Assembly: GCA_000320545.1 (NCBI GenBank)
Contig: ADNK01000005.1
Coordinates: 1 to 64,000, forward strand
Source: Bigelowiella natans CCMP2755
Taxonomy: Eukaryota; Protista; Cercozoa
Direction: 5' to 3'
DNA length: 64,000 bases
Shown: positions 39,434-52,770 of the stretch, piece after piece
Numbering within the stretch: position 1 is the stretch's first letter
Layout: each line of letters starts with the position of its first letter
Notes under the pieces: model-generated
What the model was told of the DNA's origin: nothing
The model's input: the letters and a program-made list of their open reading frames with translations, nothing else
The model's database searches: none
Position numbers and translations under genes: made by a program

Positions 39434-42400
39434 ATGCGGATCAAAGAGCTCATCGTTGATGGCTTCAAATCCTATGCCAATCGTGTTTGCATCAGTGGAT
39501 GGGATTCTCAATTCAATGCAATTACTGGTTTGAATGGAAGCGGAAAGAGTAACATTCTGGACTCAATTTGTTTTGTGCTTGGCATCAGTCAACTCAAACA
39601 GGTTCTTTGCTCGCTTCCTCAAACCTCACTAACCATCTAGCACGCAATTAAACAACGTCCTACCGTTTAATCTTAGGTTAGAGCGAATAATCTACAAGAA
39701 CTAGTTTACAAGCAGGGACAATCAAGAGTGACCAAGGCCACTGTCACTATTATTTTTGACAACACTGACAAGAAGAGTACGATTGCATTTTTTTTATTTG
39801 GTGTCATTGACATGCCATGCTCACCTTGGTTACTTTAAAACCATCCATATTATTCAAACGATTCATAAATTAGAATTTTTCTAATAACATAGTTCCTAGC
39901 CGCATGTATGAATTTTATCAGATGTGAGTTTGGAATGCCTAAAGAAAGTTTTCAATAACTCATCTCCTACAGATAGTCCACTCGGTTACGAGACTTTCGA
40001 TGAAATCACCGTCTCGCGCCAGGTCGTTATTGGAGGCCGAAATAAATATATGATTAACGGGCATACAGCTCAGCAAAACAGAGTTAAGAACCTCTTCCAT
40101 TCTGTCCAGCTGAATGTGAACAACCCGCATTTTCTCATCATGCAAGGAAGAATAACAAAAGTTATTAACATGAAGCCTCCTGAAATTTTGTCGATGATTG
40201 AAGAAGCTGCCGGTACTAGGATGTATGAGAGCGGTAAACAATCTGCTATGAAAACGATCTCAAAAAAACAGGCGAAGGTGGAGGAGATCAATAAGATTTT
40301 GACCGAGGATATAACCCCATCGCTGGAAAAATTGAGAAAAGAGCGTTCATCATATATGCAGTGGACAGCGAACAAGCAGGAAATTGAGAGGCTGGATCGA
40401 TTGGTTATCGCGGCGAAGTATTTGGACAGTCAGGAAACAAGTAACAAGTCCAAGGATGACGTTCAAGAGCTCCAAAACGAGCATGAGGCACTTTTGGATG
40501 AAAATAAGAATGCGGAAGCCAAGAAAGTGGACATATCAAAGAGAGTATCTGCTCTTTTGAAAAATAAGGAGGACCAGATGGAGGGTAGCTTCAAAATTAT
40601 CGAAAAAAGAGCTACTGCTCTTTCGAAGGAACTCGTCAAGCATACTAGTGTATGGGAGCACAAAAAACAAGAGATCAAATCCGAGCAAAAACTTCTGAAA
40701 GAATCCAAGGTTGCGGCAAAGAAGCATGAGAAACTTATTGTGGACAAAGAAAATGAGATCAAGAAATTTGCTGAGGCCAAAATGGATACCGAGACTAAAG
40801 AGAGGGAGACAAGGGAAAAGGTTGCATCTCTACAAGGCCAACAGATTGGTATTACCATGTCGGATAGCAAGGAAGACCAGGGATCTTTGACAAATCAGCT
40901 CATGGATAAACAACGAGTCGCATCCGAACTCGAGGCTGCAATGACAGGTTACAAACAGAAGATGAAGCACCTTGAAGGCGAGCTGAAGGAAAAAGAGAAA
41001 CTTTCCAGCTCTGAAGCGAAGCAATGTAAGAAACTGAAGTCTAGCTTGGAAGCGACGACTGCGAAGCATTTAAAATTGAGTAAAAAGTTGGACCAAGTTC
41101 GCATTAATCCGGAGAGAATGCGCGAGCTCTCCAAAAGCATCCGAATTTGTGAGACGACATACAACAAGAAGACTGAAAGTTATGAGGCGTTGGCAGCAGA
41201 GATGGCTAGGTATGATTTTAAGTATGACATTCAGAGTAAAAGCTTCGACCATAACCGTGTGAAGGGTCTGGTTGCTAAGCTTATCAAGATCAAGGACCCC
41301 AAAACTTTGACAGCAATCGAAGTTACAGCAGGCGGGAAGCTTTTCCAAGTAGTTGTTGATTCTGAAAGTACCGGCAAAACTCTTCTAGAAAAAGGAAGAC
41401 TTCGCAGGAGGGTGACAATTATTCCTCTTAATAAAATTGCAGCCCGTGCAATTGATACCAAAATTGTCAAAGAGGCGCAGAAATTAGTGGGGAAGGAAAA
41501 TGCAGACCTTGCTCTTTCGCTTGTTGGATACGACGATGAAGTTGAGCGCGCTATGGTCCATGTATTTGGCCGCACATTCATCTGCAGGGACTCCTTGACA
41601 GCCAAGAAAGTCACATTTAACCCAAATATTCGCACAAAATCTGTAACCCTCGATGGTGATGTCTACGATCCGCGTGGAACTCTAACTGGAGGAAGCTCTC
41701 TCCGAAAAACTTCTATTTTGTCCGAATTCCAAAAGTTAAGTCAACTGCAAAAAGAAGTTGGGGATCTTGAAAGACAGTTGAAAGGGATGAACGAGGAAAT
41801 GCAAAAGTTGAAAAAGAATGCAGAGAAGGCAAAAGAATACAAAATGCAGGTTGATCTCGCATTGCATGAAGTGAAGCTCAACGAGACAAAGCTCAACGAG
41901 AGCTCCTACATGAAATTTAAGGCAGAAGCTGACAAATTATCGGAAGAATTAAGTACATGCAAATCGGAGATGAAGAAACAAAAAGCAGAACTTGCTGCGG
42001 TGAGTTCTTTTTCTATGTAACATTGATATCCTAACTGTACTAATAATGCATGATTTTAACAAGGTACGGAAACGTTGCTCTGAAATTGAGGCGAGCATCA
42101 AAGACTATGAGAAGGAGAAAAAGAAACAACAAAAGCGTGTTGAGAAAGAATTGAAGGCGTCAAAAAAGTCTCTCGAAGCGTTGAACAAAGAGCTCAAACG
42201 AAATCAACAGAAATATGATCAAGCATGCATGGAACTCCAATCTCTGAAGGAAGAACACCAAAATAATATCGAACAGTGTAAGAAAATCGAAAAAGGCATT
42301 GAGACACTAGAGAAAGAGGTTGGTTGATATCTTCACCGCAGACTTTTATCCTGCCATTACATTGGTGATTGTTTCTTGTTTTTGTATGTAGGAACTCGTG

Positions 42401-44003
42401 TTGAGCGACATGGTGAAGAAAGCCAGTGAAGCCTACATGGAAAAGAACGGAGAGTTAGAGGCAAAAAGGGCAGGTATTAGTACTCCAATTTTAGGCGAGT
42501 TTAAATTTTATTCGGCTGAAATTTTAAAAAAGGTATTGCGGCATGTGACAATGAGATTCAAGATCTTGTGAAGCAGAAGAATGGCATTGAAAAGGACATT
42601 TCTAGCCGTGAGCTCCAAGCAAAGAAGCTTACTCATAAAATTTCAAGGATGGTATCGGATACCGCTGAAGCCAAGAAAACAGTGGAAAGGATGAAAAAGA
42701 AGCATCCTTGGATTGCTCAGGTACCGACCATATAGCCCTCAATTTTCTAGCGAGCCATTTGGCTGATGATGCTTCGATATTGATACATAGGAATGTCATC
42801 TTTTCGGAAAGCCACACACAGACTATGATTTTAAGCGTAATAATCCGAGAACTGCAAAGTCCAGGCTTGAGAAGCTGAAGAAAAAGCAGGATGATATTTC
42901 GAAAAAATTGAACACCAAGGTTGTAAAGCAAGGTCATGACAAGAATATTGTAAGTACTAATTGATATCCCATTCGATAAGGTAATGGGTATGTTTGAGCG
43001 GGCGGAGCAAGAATACCAAGACCTTCTAAAAAAAAGAGATCAGGTCACGCGGGATAAGCAGAAGATACATCAGGTCATTTTTCTTGGCAGTGTTGTTGAT
43101 TACATCACAGGAACGGGATTAAAAGTGTATTTACGGATTGCGAACATGTTGAAATTTTAGACGATAGAAGAGCTCGATAGGAAAAAGAATGAAGCCCTCG
43201 AAACCACGTGGCAAAAGGTCAACAAAGATTTTGGGTCCATATTCTCTGCGTGTCTGCCTGGTACAAGCGCAAAGCTTTCTCCGCAAGAGGGAAAATCCGT
43301 CCTCGAGGTCGTGATAGCGTGTTTCGGAAGATGTCTGAATAACAGTATGCCTGTCATGCGCATCTCTCATTCGATGGCATTTTCAGGGTCTTGAAGTAAA
43401 GGTGGCATTCAATGGAGTTTGGAAACAAAGTTTGACAGAACTCTCCGGTGGACAGAGATCTCTTCTCGCACTTTCGTTGATTCTAGCTCTTTTGAGGTGC
43501 AGTGATGAGGATTGTATTTTATGTCGTATTGAAAGAATTGGTGCTCATCACAAGTTGTTGCATGTGTTCATTAATGGTGACTTGGATCCGACAGATAATG
43601 TCTTGCTTCTCACTTAATATTTAAACTAATTCCAGGTTCAAGCCAGCCCCGATGTATATTTTGGATGAAGTTGATGCTGCCCTTGACTTGTCCCACACGC
43701 AAAATATCGGCCAGATGTTGAAGAAACATTTCCCACAGGTCCGTTTATTGTTTCTGTGCAATACTGTACATGTTTCTGATAGGGTGGATATGTTGTTTGC
43801 AGTCCCAGTTCATTGTGGTTTCTCTGAAAGAGGGAATGTTCAACAACGCCAACGTCATCTTTAGAACCAAATTTATCGATGGGGTTTCGACTGTAAAAAA
43901 GGTTAAAGGGACAAGAAATAAAAACACGGTTGACAAAGAGAACCGCCCAGTTCGTAGGGGTGTTCGTCAAGTCGGCAAATCAAAAAGGACTCAGCTGCGA
44001 TAA
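39434..44003 (+). CDS. SMC2: Structural maintenance of chromosomes protein 2 (condensin), 12 exons
   Basis: [14 protein letters not shown]...[17 protein letters not shown] (Walker A), [21 protein letters not shown], hinge [18 protein letters not shown], signature [11 protein letters not shown], Walker [14 protein letters not shown]. All introns are GT-AG. Confidence 0.97.
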
Positions 44004-44149
44004 AATGTAGATAAGAAATCCAACAACCATGTCGAAACTTCTGATTATTTTCTTGGTGGTCATCGTAAAAGACACATCAGACATTTGCACCGCACTGCTA
44101 GTGTAGTGGGGCCCGAAATCATCATTAAAGGTTTTAAATTGACATGAAC

Positions 44150-45186
44150 CATGTACGCAAATGCGACACCTCTAGATCTGTGTGGAGTCATGAATAATGG
44201 TTCATCAATCTAGCAATGTCGCACATAACTAGCTCTAGAGCTGGCCGTTGATCATGTCCTAAGGTGTGCGTACTAATACGATTGCTTCACGTGCAAGCCG
44301 CGTCAGTGTGTCTAGCTGTGCATGCTGAATTGCTAGACTGCTCGATGGGAATCAATGATCAAGCTAGCTAGCTAGCTAGCTATAGGTGATCTCTAGACCA
44401 ACCAGTTTCGCAGCACTAGCTAGCTAGACTAGTAGAGCATATATATGAGCAGCTCGCCAGACTTTGGTTGGAAACGTTATCACAGACTCCTAGACTCTGC
44501 TAGCCTGCCTCGCTAGCTCGCCGCGATCAATCTGCTCTAGTACTAGTAGTCGGTCAGCGGTGGCTAGGGTGGTGCCATCTAGCCATGCTAGCGAATGCTA
44601 GCTAGCTAGCTAGATGCATGATGATGGATCGCTAATTATAAGATCCATCCAGCTGCTTAGCCTTGCTAGCTAGTCTTGTGTCGAGAGGTGGTCAGAACAA
44701 GCAGAGAAGAAGGCTAGAAGCTAGAGAAGGCTAGAAGGGGGTGAGGAAACAAGAGCGTGCTGAAATTGCACTTGAACCCACTACTAGCTAGCTAGCACTA
44801 CCCAGAGTTGACACAACTAGACAAGCTAGCAAGTCTGGAGGGAAGCGTGCACACAGTCTAGCAGTCTAGCAGTGTGCACACCACCTAGACCACGCTAGCA
44901 CGTGTAGACGTGCCAGCGTGCACGAGTGCCTGCTCCCCATCCAATGCTAGAATGCTAGAGTGCTTGGGTCATTGCTAGCTTGGAGACATGCTAGTATGTA
45001 GCCTGCTAGGCTAACTAGCTAGCCTGGAGGCAGGTGTGGTGCCAGTTCCACTGGTCCAGAGCTGCGCGGCACGCACCCGCACCAGCGCTAAAGCGCAGTT
45101 CCTCGCGTCAATCACGCACCAAAGCCACCACTACGTCCAGGCTAGCAGGGCCTGGCTAGCTGGCTAGCTCTAGAGCTGGGGGCGCA
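44150..45186. mobile_element. Highly decayed CTAG-rich transposon relic
   Basis: Dozens of CTAG and (GCTA)n runs. From about 44660 onward, TA occurs almost only as CTA or TAG. It is contiguous with the LTR-like block. Confidence 0.5.
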
Positions 45187-46030
45187 TGTTGCACGGGGTG
45201 TTTCGCACGTTCAAGCGTGCAGGCCAAAGCGTGCAACAATTCGACTCGAAATTCGGTCTCATCAGTGTGAAGGAAGTCCGATCCGCGATGATTTTTGCAA
45301 CAACGAGCATGCCAGCATGGCTAGATGGGCACGGCTGGCAATCACTGCAGTCACTGCATGGGCTAGCAGGTCTAGAAGCTGGAGAAGTGCCACTTGGCAA
45401 CAAGCACTTGCGCAAAACTCTTCGCTGTCAGGTTTTTGGCAACTCTGTGCACCACTTGCTAGCTTGTCACACGATGTCCAAATTGCGTGAGGTGAGACGC
45501 GAAAATGAACCCGTTGTGGACCAGGCTTCGCTTTCGTCCTTTGATTGACATTGTTTCGATCTTGGTTGACTGCTTGCAAGCAGTTTGCATGTTGAGAGCT
45601 GCTCTCATTCTGAGGAACAGACTTCACTTGCACGCCTTCATTGAGCTTCATCACCGCACAAGCTCACGGGACAAGAACTGAACAATGAACTTGATGATGC
45701 ATGGAAGAACAAGAACAAGAACAATGATGATGAACTACGTTTCCACAGCAATGAGAACAATGAGAACAATGATGAAAAACTGCACTTCCAAAGTGTGACA
45801 AGACACTTGCAATGTGCGAAATGCAGTGCCTCGAACTGGCTTCAGTGAGGACTGACTAGCAAACTAGCGGGGTTCATGCAAATTGGCACGAACTAAACAT
45901 TGAATGCATCACAACTAACAGCCAAATGACGACGACGCAAAGCATCCATCCTGAGCAGGAACTTCCTGACAGCCACGTCCACACGGAGATCAACTTCAGC
46001 AGGGACAACCATTTCCAAAATCACAAGACA
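45187..46030 (+). mobile_element. LTR-like element, strongly TpA-depleted
   Basis: A G-rich tract (gggggcgca) directly precedes TGTT at 45187, resembling a PPT/3'-LTR junction. A candidate ...ACA end lies at 46030. There is no second copy in the window. Confidence 0.4.
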
Positions 46031-46340
46031 TGAAAACGATTCCCGCTTGCAACTCTGTGATTTATTAGAAATAATGGACAGTTTCTATGGGATGTTCCTG
46101 GTATAAAATGTGGTGGTTCAGTAAGAATCGAGTGTGCCGACGGCTGCTAGATGCGTCTTCGACATTACTTGGGTAAAATATAATCCTTAAAACTTCCAAA
46201 TCCTTAATTGAGGATTCCACAGGAAGCATCTCCTCAAAACCCTAAATGCTCCTCGCCGAGAGCAGCCCCCAGTTGCTATGCTGCTTCTTCGGAGCCAGCG
46301 ATAATCAATCTCCGCTCAGCAACATTATGTTCAACCGCCC

Positions 46341-48320
46341 ATGACGAAATCACGGTACTTCGGGTTTACACTCTCCGGCTTGGTACCCATTGAGAGTGAC
46401 CCACAAGACTATTGGTGTAGGTGGAGAGACTATCGGCGCTCGATGGAGGGAAATAATTTTTTTTACGTTGACAGGTATCATCAGCAGCGGCGTCTGCTTT
46501 TCGCCCAAATCACCTCATTCATACTCTTCTTGCTTGCGGCTTCTTCTTCTAATGGAACAGTGTGGGCCAGGTATTCTCTCTTCACTTCAATGAAGTGCCG
46601 CATCGTCTTCAGTACCATTGCCATTATCTTCAATATCCTTTCTCCATCTTTATCGTTGTATTAAGGTTGAAGCCACGTCATAACGATCACCACCTAGTGG
46701 GAGACATGATCCTCCAAAATCTAGCTGCAAAGCGCCAGGCTGCGCGTGCACAGATGATGAGGAACAAGAAGAAGGCGAGGGAGTGGGGAACGGATAATCC
46801 TTTAACGACTAAAAAAGGAGTGGGGAAGAATTCGTCTTGCGGAGGAGGAGCTGATGAGTGTCGCACGGTGGTGGAATTTGAAATGGAAGACGACCGTCGT
46901 GAGAGGATGAGGACCATACTTAGGCAAATGCGTAGCGCACCGTTTGTTCCAACCATTGGGGACGTAGAGGAGTAAGTAGATAAGGGGGGGTGAGGAAGGG
47001 GAAATACATACGAATCTATAGACAAAAAGAAATACAATATTCAATCATCTTGTTCTCACCCTCTCTATTCTCCTCCCTTTCTCTTGGCTCGATGTATTGA
47101 TGCGATAAATCATAGGCTTCTTTCCTACCTGCTGGGCTCCAAACAGATGAGGACTGCCATGCGATGTATTGCCTACCAACTTTCCTATTTTCGTGCCAAT
47201 TTTCGACGAACCAATACGACGCGGTCAGCCCCCGTGTCAACGCGTCATTCCTTGCTCCTATTCTGCTTAAACCATCTTTATTCGTAGGCATTCGGGACAT
47301 CGTACACGTTAATCTCCTGCACGTACATGGGATCACTCCAGACTGGACACAGATGATTGAACCTAGGTTGTTGCCTTCTTCGTCATTATCGTGTATTGTT
47401 GTTGCAGTAGGCGTCTGAAGGAGAACTTTGCTTGAGCGTATCGTGTATATGTGGTGGATGACGGCATGTATGGTACAATAAGAGTATGTAACATGCTCTT
47501 CCCTAATCCCGTCCCTCCCCCCTCAGTTTGGGCCGCTTGATGATCGATATATGTGCTAGGACAGGAGATCTTCATACAGGGTAACTACTTGTGTCGGCTT
47601 GCTTTCAACAATGGCTAATTACTCATTGAACTAATTTCTCTCTCTACTGACCCTCCTTTCCATGCTCATCTAAAATACATAAGTGGGAGAAATATAGTCA
47701 TGCAGCCTAAAGATAACATCATATTGGTGCCCTTCCTTCTCTACCCACTGCCCCTTCTTAGTCTAGCAATCCAATGCATCGCCGCGGCGCAGAAGGTCGG
47801 TATATAGTCTTCGGCTTCTTTCTACCTTATCCTTCTACTGCTGCTTCCTATGTTCTCACAATGCGTCGGTCGGTAGATCGGACCAAGCCAGGCGTTCTTC
47901 GAGGCGCTTGTTCGCTTTCACTCGAAATTCTACCGCCTCCACCATGTCCGTACCACAAAATATGAGATAAAAATAAATCAAGTCTGCTGCACTGTTTGAT
48001 AATGCTTGTAGGCAATGTGTTCGTAGTTGTGTTCTTTGTCTATAATTTTTTAATCGGTGAATCTTATTTCTTTTTCCTTTTGAGATAGGTTCGACTAAAT
48101 ACCATTATTGCCGCCCCTTCCCTTCCTCCTTCTCCCATATATATGTTCTCTAGGCGTTATCTCTTCTGACAAGGATGAGGCAGTATGGTTTTAGGCCCTC
48201 CAAGGCGCTCTCTGCGTATGTGCTGACCCGGTAAAGACTAACCCGAAGGCTCTGTTTTACTATATCTAATAAAAGAAAGGGATAGAGAGAGGGGAGGAGA
48301 GGGGGGGGCTTTAAACTCAC

Positions 48321-48363
<43 letters not shown>

Positions 48364-48758
48364 TCTCTCTCTCGCTATCTTCATCGGAAGACGCAAACAC
48401 ATAATGAGGGAAAGAGGATTCTTATTTCTTCGTATTTCTAAACTTTTGTATCTACCTTTCCCAATTTCTTCCCCACTCCTAGTTGTGCTCAGTCAGCAGA
48501 GAGGGCATGCATGCGAGTCTCTCATAGTTTTCCTTCCAAATCGGGAGCAAGCGATGGCAACGAAAAGACGGGAGGGGAGAGCGTTGGGACGTACTGCGAT
48601 GGCGAAAGCGCTAGCGCTTGTGTAGGGGTCAATACCAAGTACTTCTCCACATTGAACGCTGACACTCTGCAAGCTGTCAAGCAGCTTTTCATCAATCGGT
48701 GCGGTATCAAAAGGGGGTAGGGGTAGAGGGGGGGGGGGGGGGGTGATATTAGTATGTA

Positions 48759-48792
<34 letters not shown>

Positions 48793-49230
48793 TCCCTTCT
48801 GCCCAATCATGCAATCTCATATATCACACATATTGCCATCTGCAACTGCTACTCAACTGCTGCTGCTTCTGCGTTTCGTTCTAAACAGTCAGTGCAAGAA
48901 GCTCGAGGAAGCAACTGCCGTCAGAAACGTACTTTCCAACATAATCTTGCTGACTTTGAAAGCCCCGCATATAATCGTCGTCGTCGTCGTCGTGATGCAA
49001 TGCCTACGATATCTTGCAGACGATTTTACCACAGTTTCTACGTGAGCTGACTGTGGCACCACCTAAGCCTGCTGGGCCCTTGGAGTACGTCTCTTCCCCT
49101 GATACACCTAACAACGAGAGAAGATCTGCCAGATCATCCTGCAACGATGAGAAGGATCAGGAACAGAAGACAACAGCAAATGATATGGTAAAGGCCAAAA
49201 GCTCATAATAAGCGCTCTGGATCTCTCTTG

Positions 49231-49271
<41 letters not shown>

Positions 49272-49515
49272 GATGTGTGGATTCATGTGGATTTGTCAAT
49301 AGTCTCAGGTCCTGTGCGCTGCATTGAGGCTTTACATCTTGTCGGGTAGCAACAGCAGTGATAGCGTAGTTGTCATAGTAGCTTGCAAGTAAGGGAGGGG
49401 TATCTCCTTACTTTTCATATAATAAGATGGTAATGGCGACGATTATCATATTCGTAGCAACAAATCACTGGGAGAGAGAAAAGGGACATAGCGTGGAACA
49501 ACATACTTCATTTCT

Positions 49516-49557
<42 letters not shown>

Positions 49558-49803
49558 AACTGCTGCTGTGCTGTTCCTGCTACTACTACAACACTACTAC
49601 TACTGCTACTACTACAAGTACTAATCATCATATCATCATATCATCATCATCATCATCATCACCACACTAAATCGATTACTATAACAACTACAAGACGAGC
49701 GACGGGAGGCAGAGGGCATCTACCGGCACTCCAAATCAAGGTTTTAGTGTATATACGTGTCCTGAATATAGGAGGACGTACGTATATCATAACAAACAAC
49801 ACA

Positions 49804-49847
<44 letters not shown>

Positions 49848-51166
49848 CCATTTCTTCCCTGTTATCTTCAAAATTTCCGTAAACAGAACGAACCTGAGCA
49901 TAGCGCAGCTCGCAAGAGTACTCCATGCCTACGCTATATCAAGAAGGTAATGGTAGATGGGGGTAGGGTCGTCAGATATTCATAGTGCAGCTGCACTTTT
50001 TGGTCAGCTTACACGTTGAGTTTATTCTTCTTTTTCCCTATTTCACAAGTAATTACTGTGCTGCTGCTGCAACTACAGAACAGTATATAAACTTTCCCAT
50101 TCATCCATATCTCATGCCGACGCACATCTATTTAGCGTGCCTTCTATCGCAGCCTTTGTCGCGCCAAAACTGCCATTGCTGCTGCTGCTGTTGATTCTGC
50201 TGCTGCTGCTATGAAACCTAGGATGGAGCTCGAGGCAGATCCAAGCTCATTGTTCTTGAATGGCGACTCATTGGAGTTTGCAGAGACGCTGTTTCAGCAT
50301 GCGAATAATCTCACGCTCCCCCCCGCTGCCTGTCAGCCCGGTGGGACAACAATGGCGAGGGGAGCAGCAACAGAAGCTGGGGATGATCCCATAGTGATCA
50401 TCCCTTACAAGTCGCGCTTAGAAGAGGTAATGCCATATAGAGAGGGGGAAGGGTGCAGTCAGTATTCGCACGATAATGATTTCTGCTACTGTACTCTTAA
50501 ATGAGGTATTATTAATATAACTATTTCTCTCTTGTTGTCTATGTTCCCCACAACCCATTGGTAGGAGGAAGAGAAGAACGGGATAGGAGAGGAAGATGGA
50601 CTCGCTAGTAACGATGGCTATGGAAAAGAAAAATTCGTAGAAGAGTTTAAGAAGGAAGTGAAGGAGGATGAGAAGGCTCGAGAGCAAGATGTGTGGGGAA
50701 AGCTCTCCAATAAAGAGAGGTGGCCACGAGTCGAAATGATACTCTCGCACGTTTGCCTTCTCTTTTGTTGTTGTTCTTGTTGTTTGATTGGCGAAGTGAG
50801 AACCATTTTCCATTGGATTTTTGCTGGTCTTGGTTATTGATGATGATGATGATGATGACGACGATGACGATGACGGCTGGATAGCAGCTACTACTCACAT
50901 TCCTACCGTATAATCGTATCCTTGTTGTTTGACCACACATCATCACCGTTGGCACTAAAAGCTTCACATTGGTTGATCTGGTTTTCTTTTCTCGTTATTG
51001 TTATTGTTGTTGTTATTATTATTGTGTTGTTATTGTCAAAAAAGACGTCGCCATCTGTGGGCTGCAGCATCCTATGCCGAAATCAAGATTCAGTCGGTCA
51101 GTGACATGTGAAAAGTGGAGAAAGAGGAGGAGGAGGAGGAGGAGAAAACGCAATCACACACACACG

Positions 51167-51214
<48 letters not shown>

Positions 51215-51241
51215 CGAAATATTTGTGTGTGGAAGTATATG

Positions 51242-51281
<40 letters not shown>

Positions 51282-51341
51282 TGTACGCATTATTTATTGC
51301 TGTTTTACCGTTTTATTATTCGATGAATCACTTGTACCAAA

Positions 51342-51377
<36 letters not shown>

Positions 51378-51738
51378 CAATAGGGCGACATGGATGCAGC
51401 AATGTCTGTCGCACGGATGTATCCAAATAGCAAATGGCTTTATGGAAGTACTCCTTGAATCATCATAGCCAACAATACAACGTTCATATACATGAGTGCA
51501 CACAACGAAAATAGCTCAATGAGATGTGTGGAGGAGCCACGTGCGAGTATGATTTTGGTGGGCACATGGTATGTGGTAGGAATTATGGCTATTTTGGCGA
51601 ATTTAGCTCTCCGCATAAGCAAGGCGTCGGTAGTGTATGTAGCAGCACGTATTCCACAAATGAAATTCATTGTCTTCAGTTTCCTGCAAGGACAGGGCAA
51701 TAAATGCATAGAATACATGTTTTCTAAAGATGTACATC

Positions 51739-51783
<45 letters not shown>

Positions 51784-52263
51784 CCCCCACCCCCTTATAT
51801 AACATATATAAAGCATATTATTTCCTGCAAACGCACGCACGTGGGTTTTATCTTCCCTTATCTTTGCTCCAACCACGTATGTACCAGGCCGAGGAATCGC
51901 TTAGACTTGAAGGGGAAGGGGGGGTTGGGGAGGAGAAGCTCCTCCGTACTTCGGCTATTAACAAAAATTGTAATAAAAGCGAAAATAGAGCATGCGACGG
52001 TGATATCCTGCAGCAGCAGGCAAGTAACGACACGACGAAGGAGCAGCAAGAAGTGGAGAACATGGCAGCTCTATTTGATGATAAGGAGGAGGATGCAGAT
52101 CTACAGCAGCATCTACACGAAGAGGGAAGAGGGGATGATGGCGATGTACAGCCTCCATGGAGATCAAAGGGGACAATGCATCATATCCGTGATACTATGC
52201 GACAGCTATGGGGTCTTATGCTCTCCAGGTTGTTTGTGAAGTCCTCCTAAAACTATCTCTTCC

Positions 52264-52302
<39 letters not shown>

Positions 52303-52737
52303 TGTGCGTGTCATGTTTTTTAGGTAGTAGTGGGGAGATGGAAATGTATGTGATTCTTCCTCCTCACAACGTTAATTGTTACTGATTTCATCTTCTCAGA
52401 AAGCTACCTCCTACACCATCAGTCCACGCCTCCTCCTTGATCGTACAAGGTGCTGATGATGGCGATAACGATAATATACAGTACGTGTATGCATGTACGC
52501 TATTTGACACACACAACATGAATCATTCCTGGCAGGAGTGAATGGGGAAGTCGATAAAGCGCTGCGGATTGAGCGTTTGATGACTGAGAAGGGTACAGTT
52601 CTCTCTTTCAGTTCCTTGAATGAATGAATCCGAATGCGGATGAGGCGAGAGATACTATATCGCGAGACTAACGACGACAGAGAGGAGGAGGGGGAAGCTG
52701 CGATAAATGAACTCTGTCATTATGAGATGGAAGATCA

Positions 52738-52770
<33 letters not shown>

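Noticed and set aside
45040-45125. Possible copia RNase H terminus (..AKAQFLAS..) before the PPT-like tract
   Set aside because: It is too degenerate to support, and the ADxxTK motif is not recoverable.
45170-45654. Overlapping ORFs of 81-130 aa on both strands in the TpA-poor block
   Set aside because: They are open because TAA/TAG stops are scarce. They contain no Tyr and show no recognisable domain.
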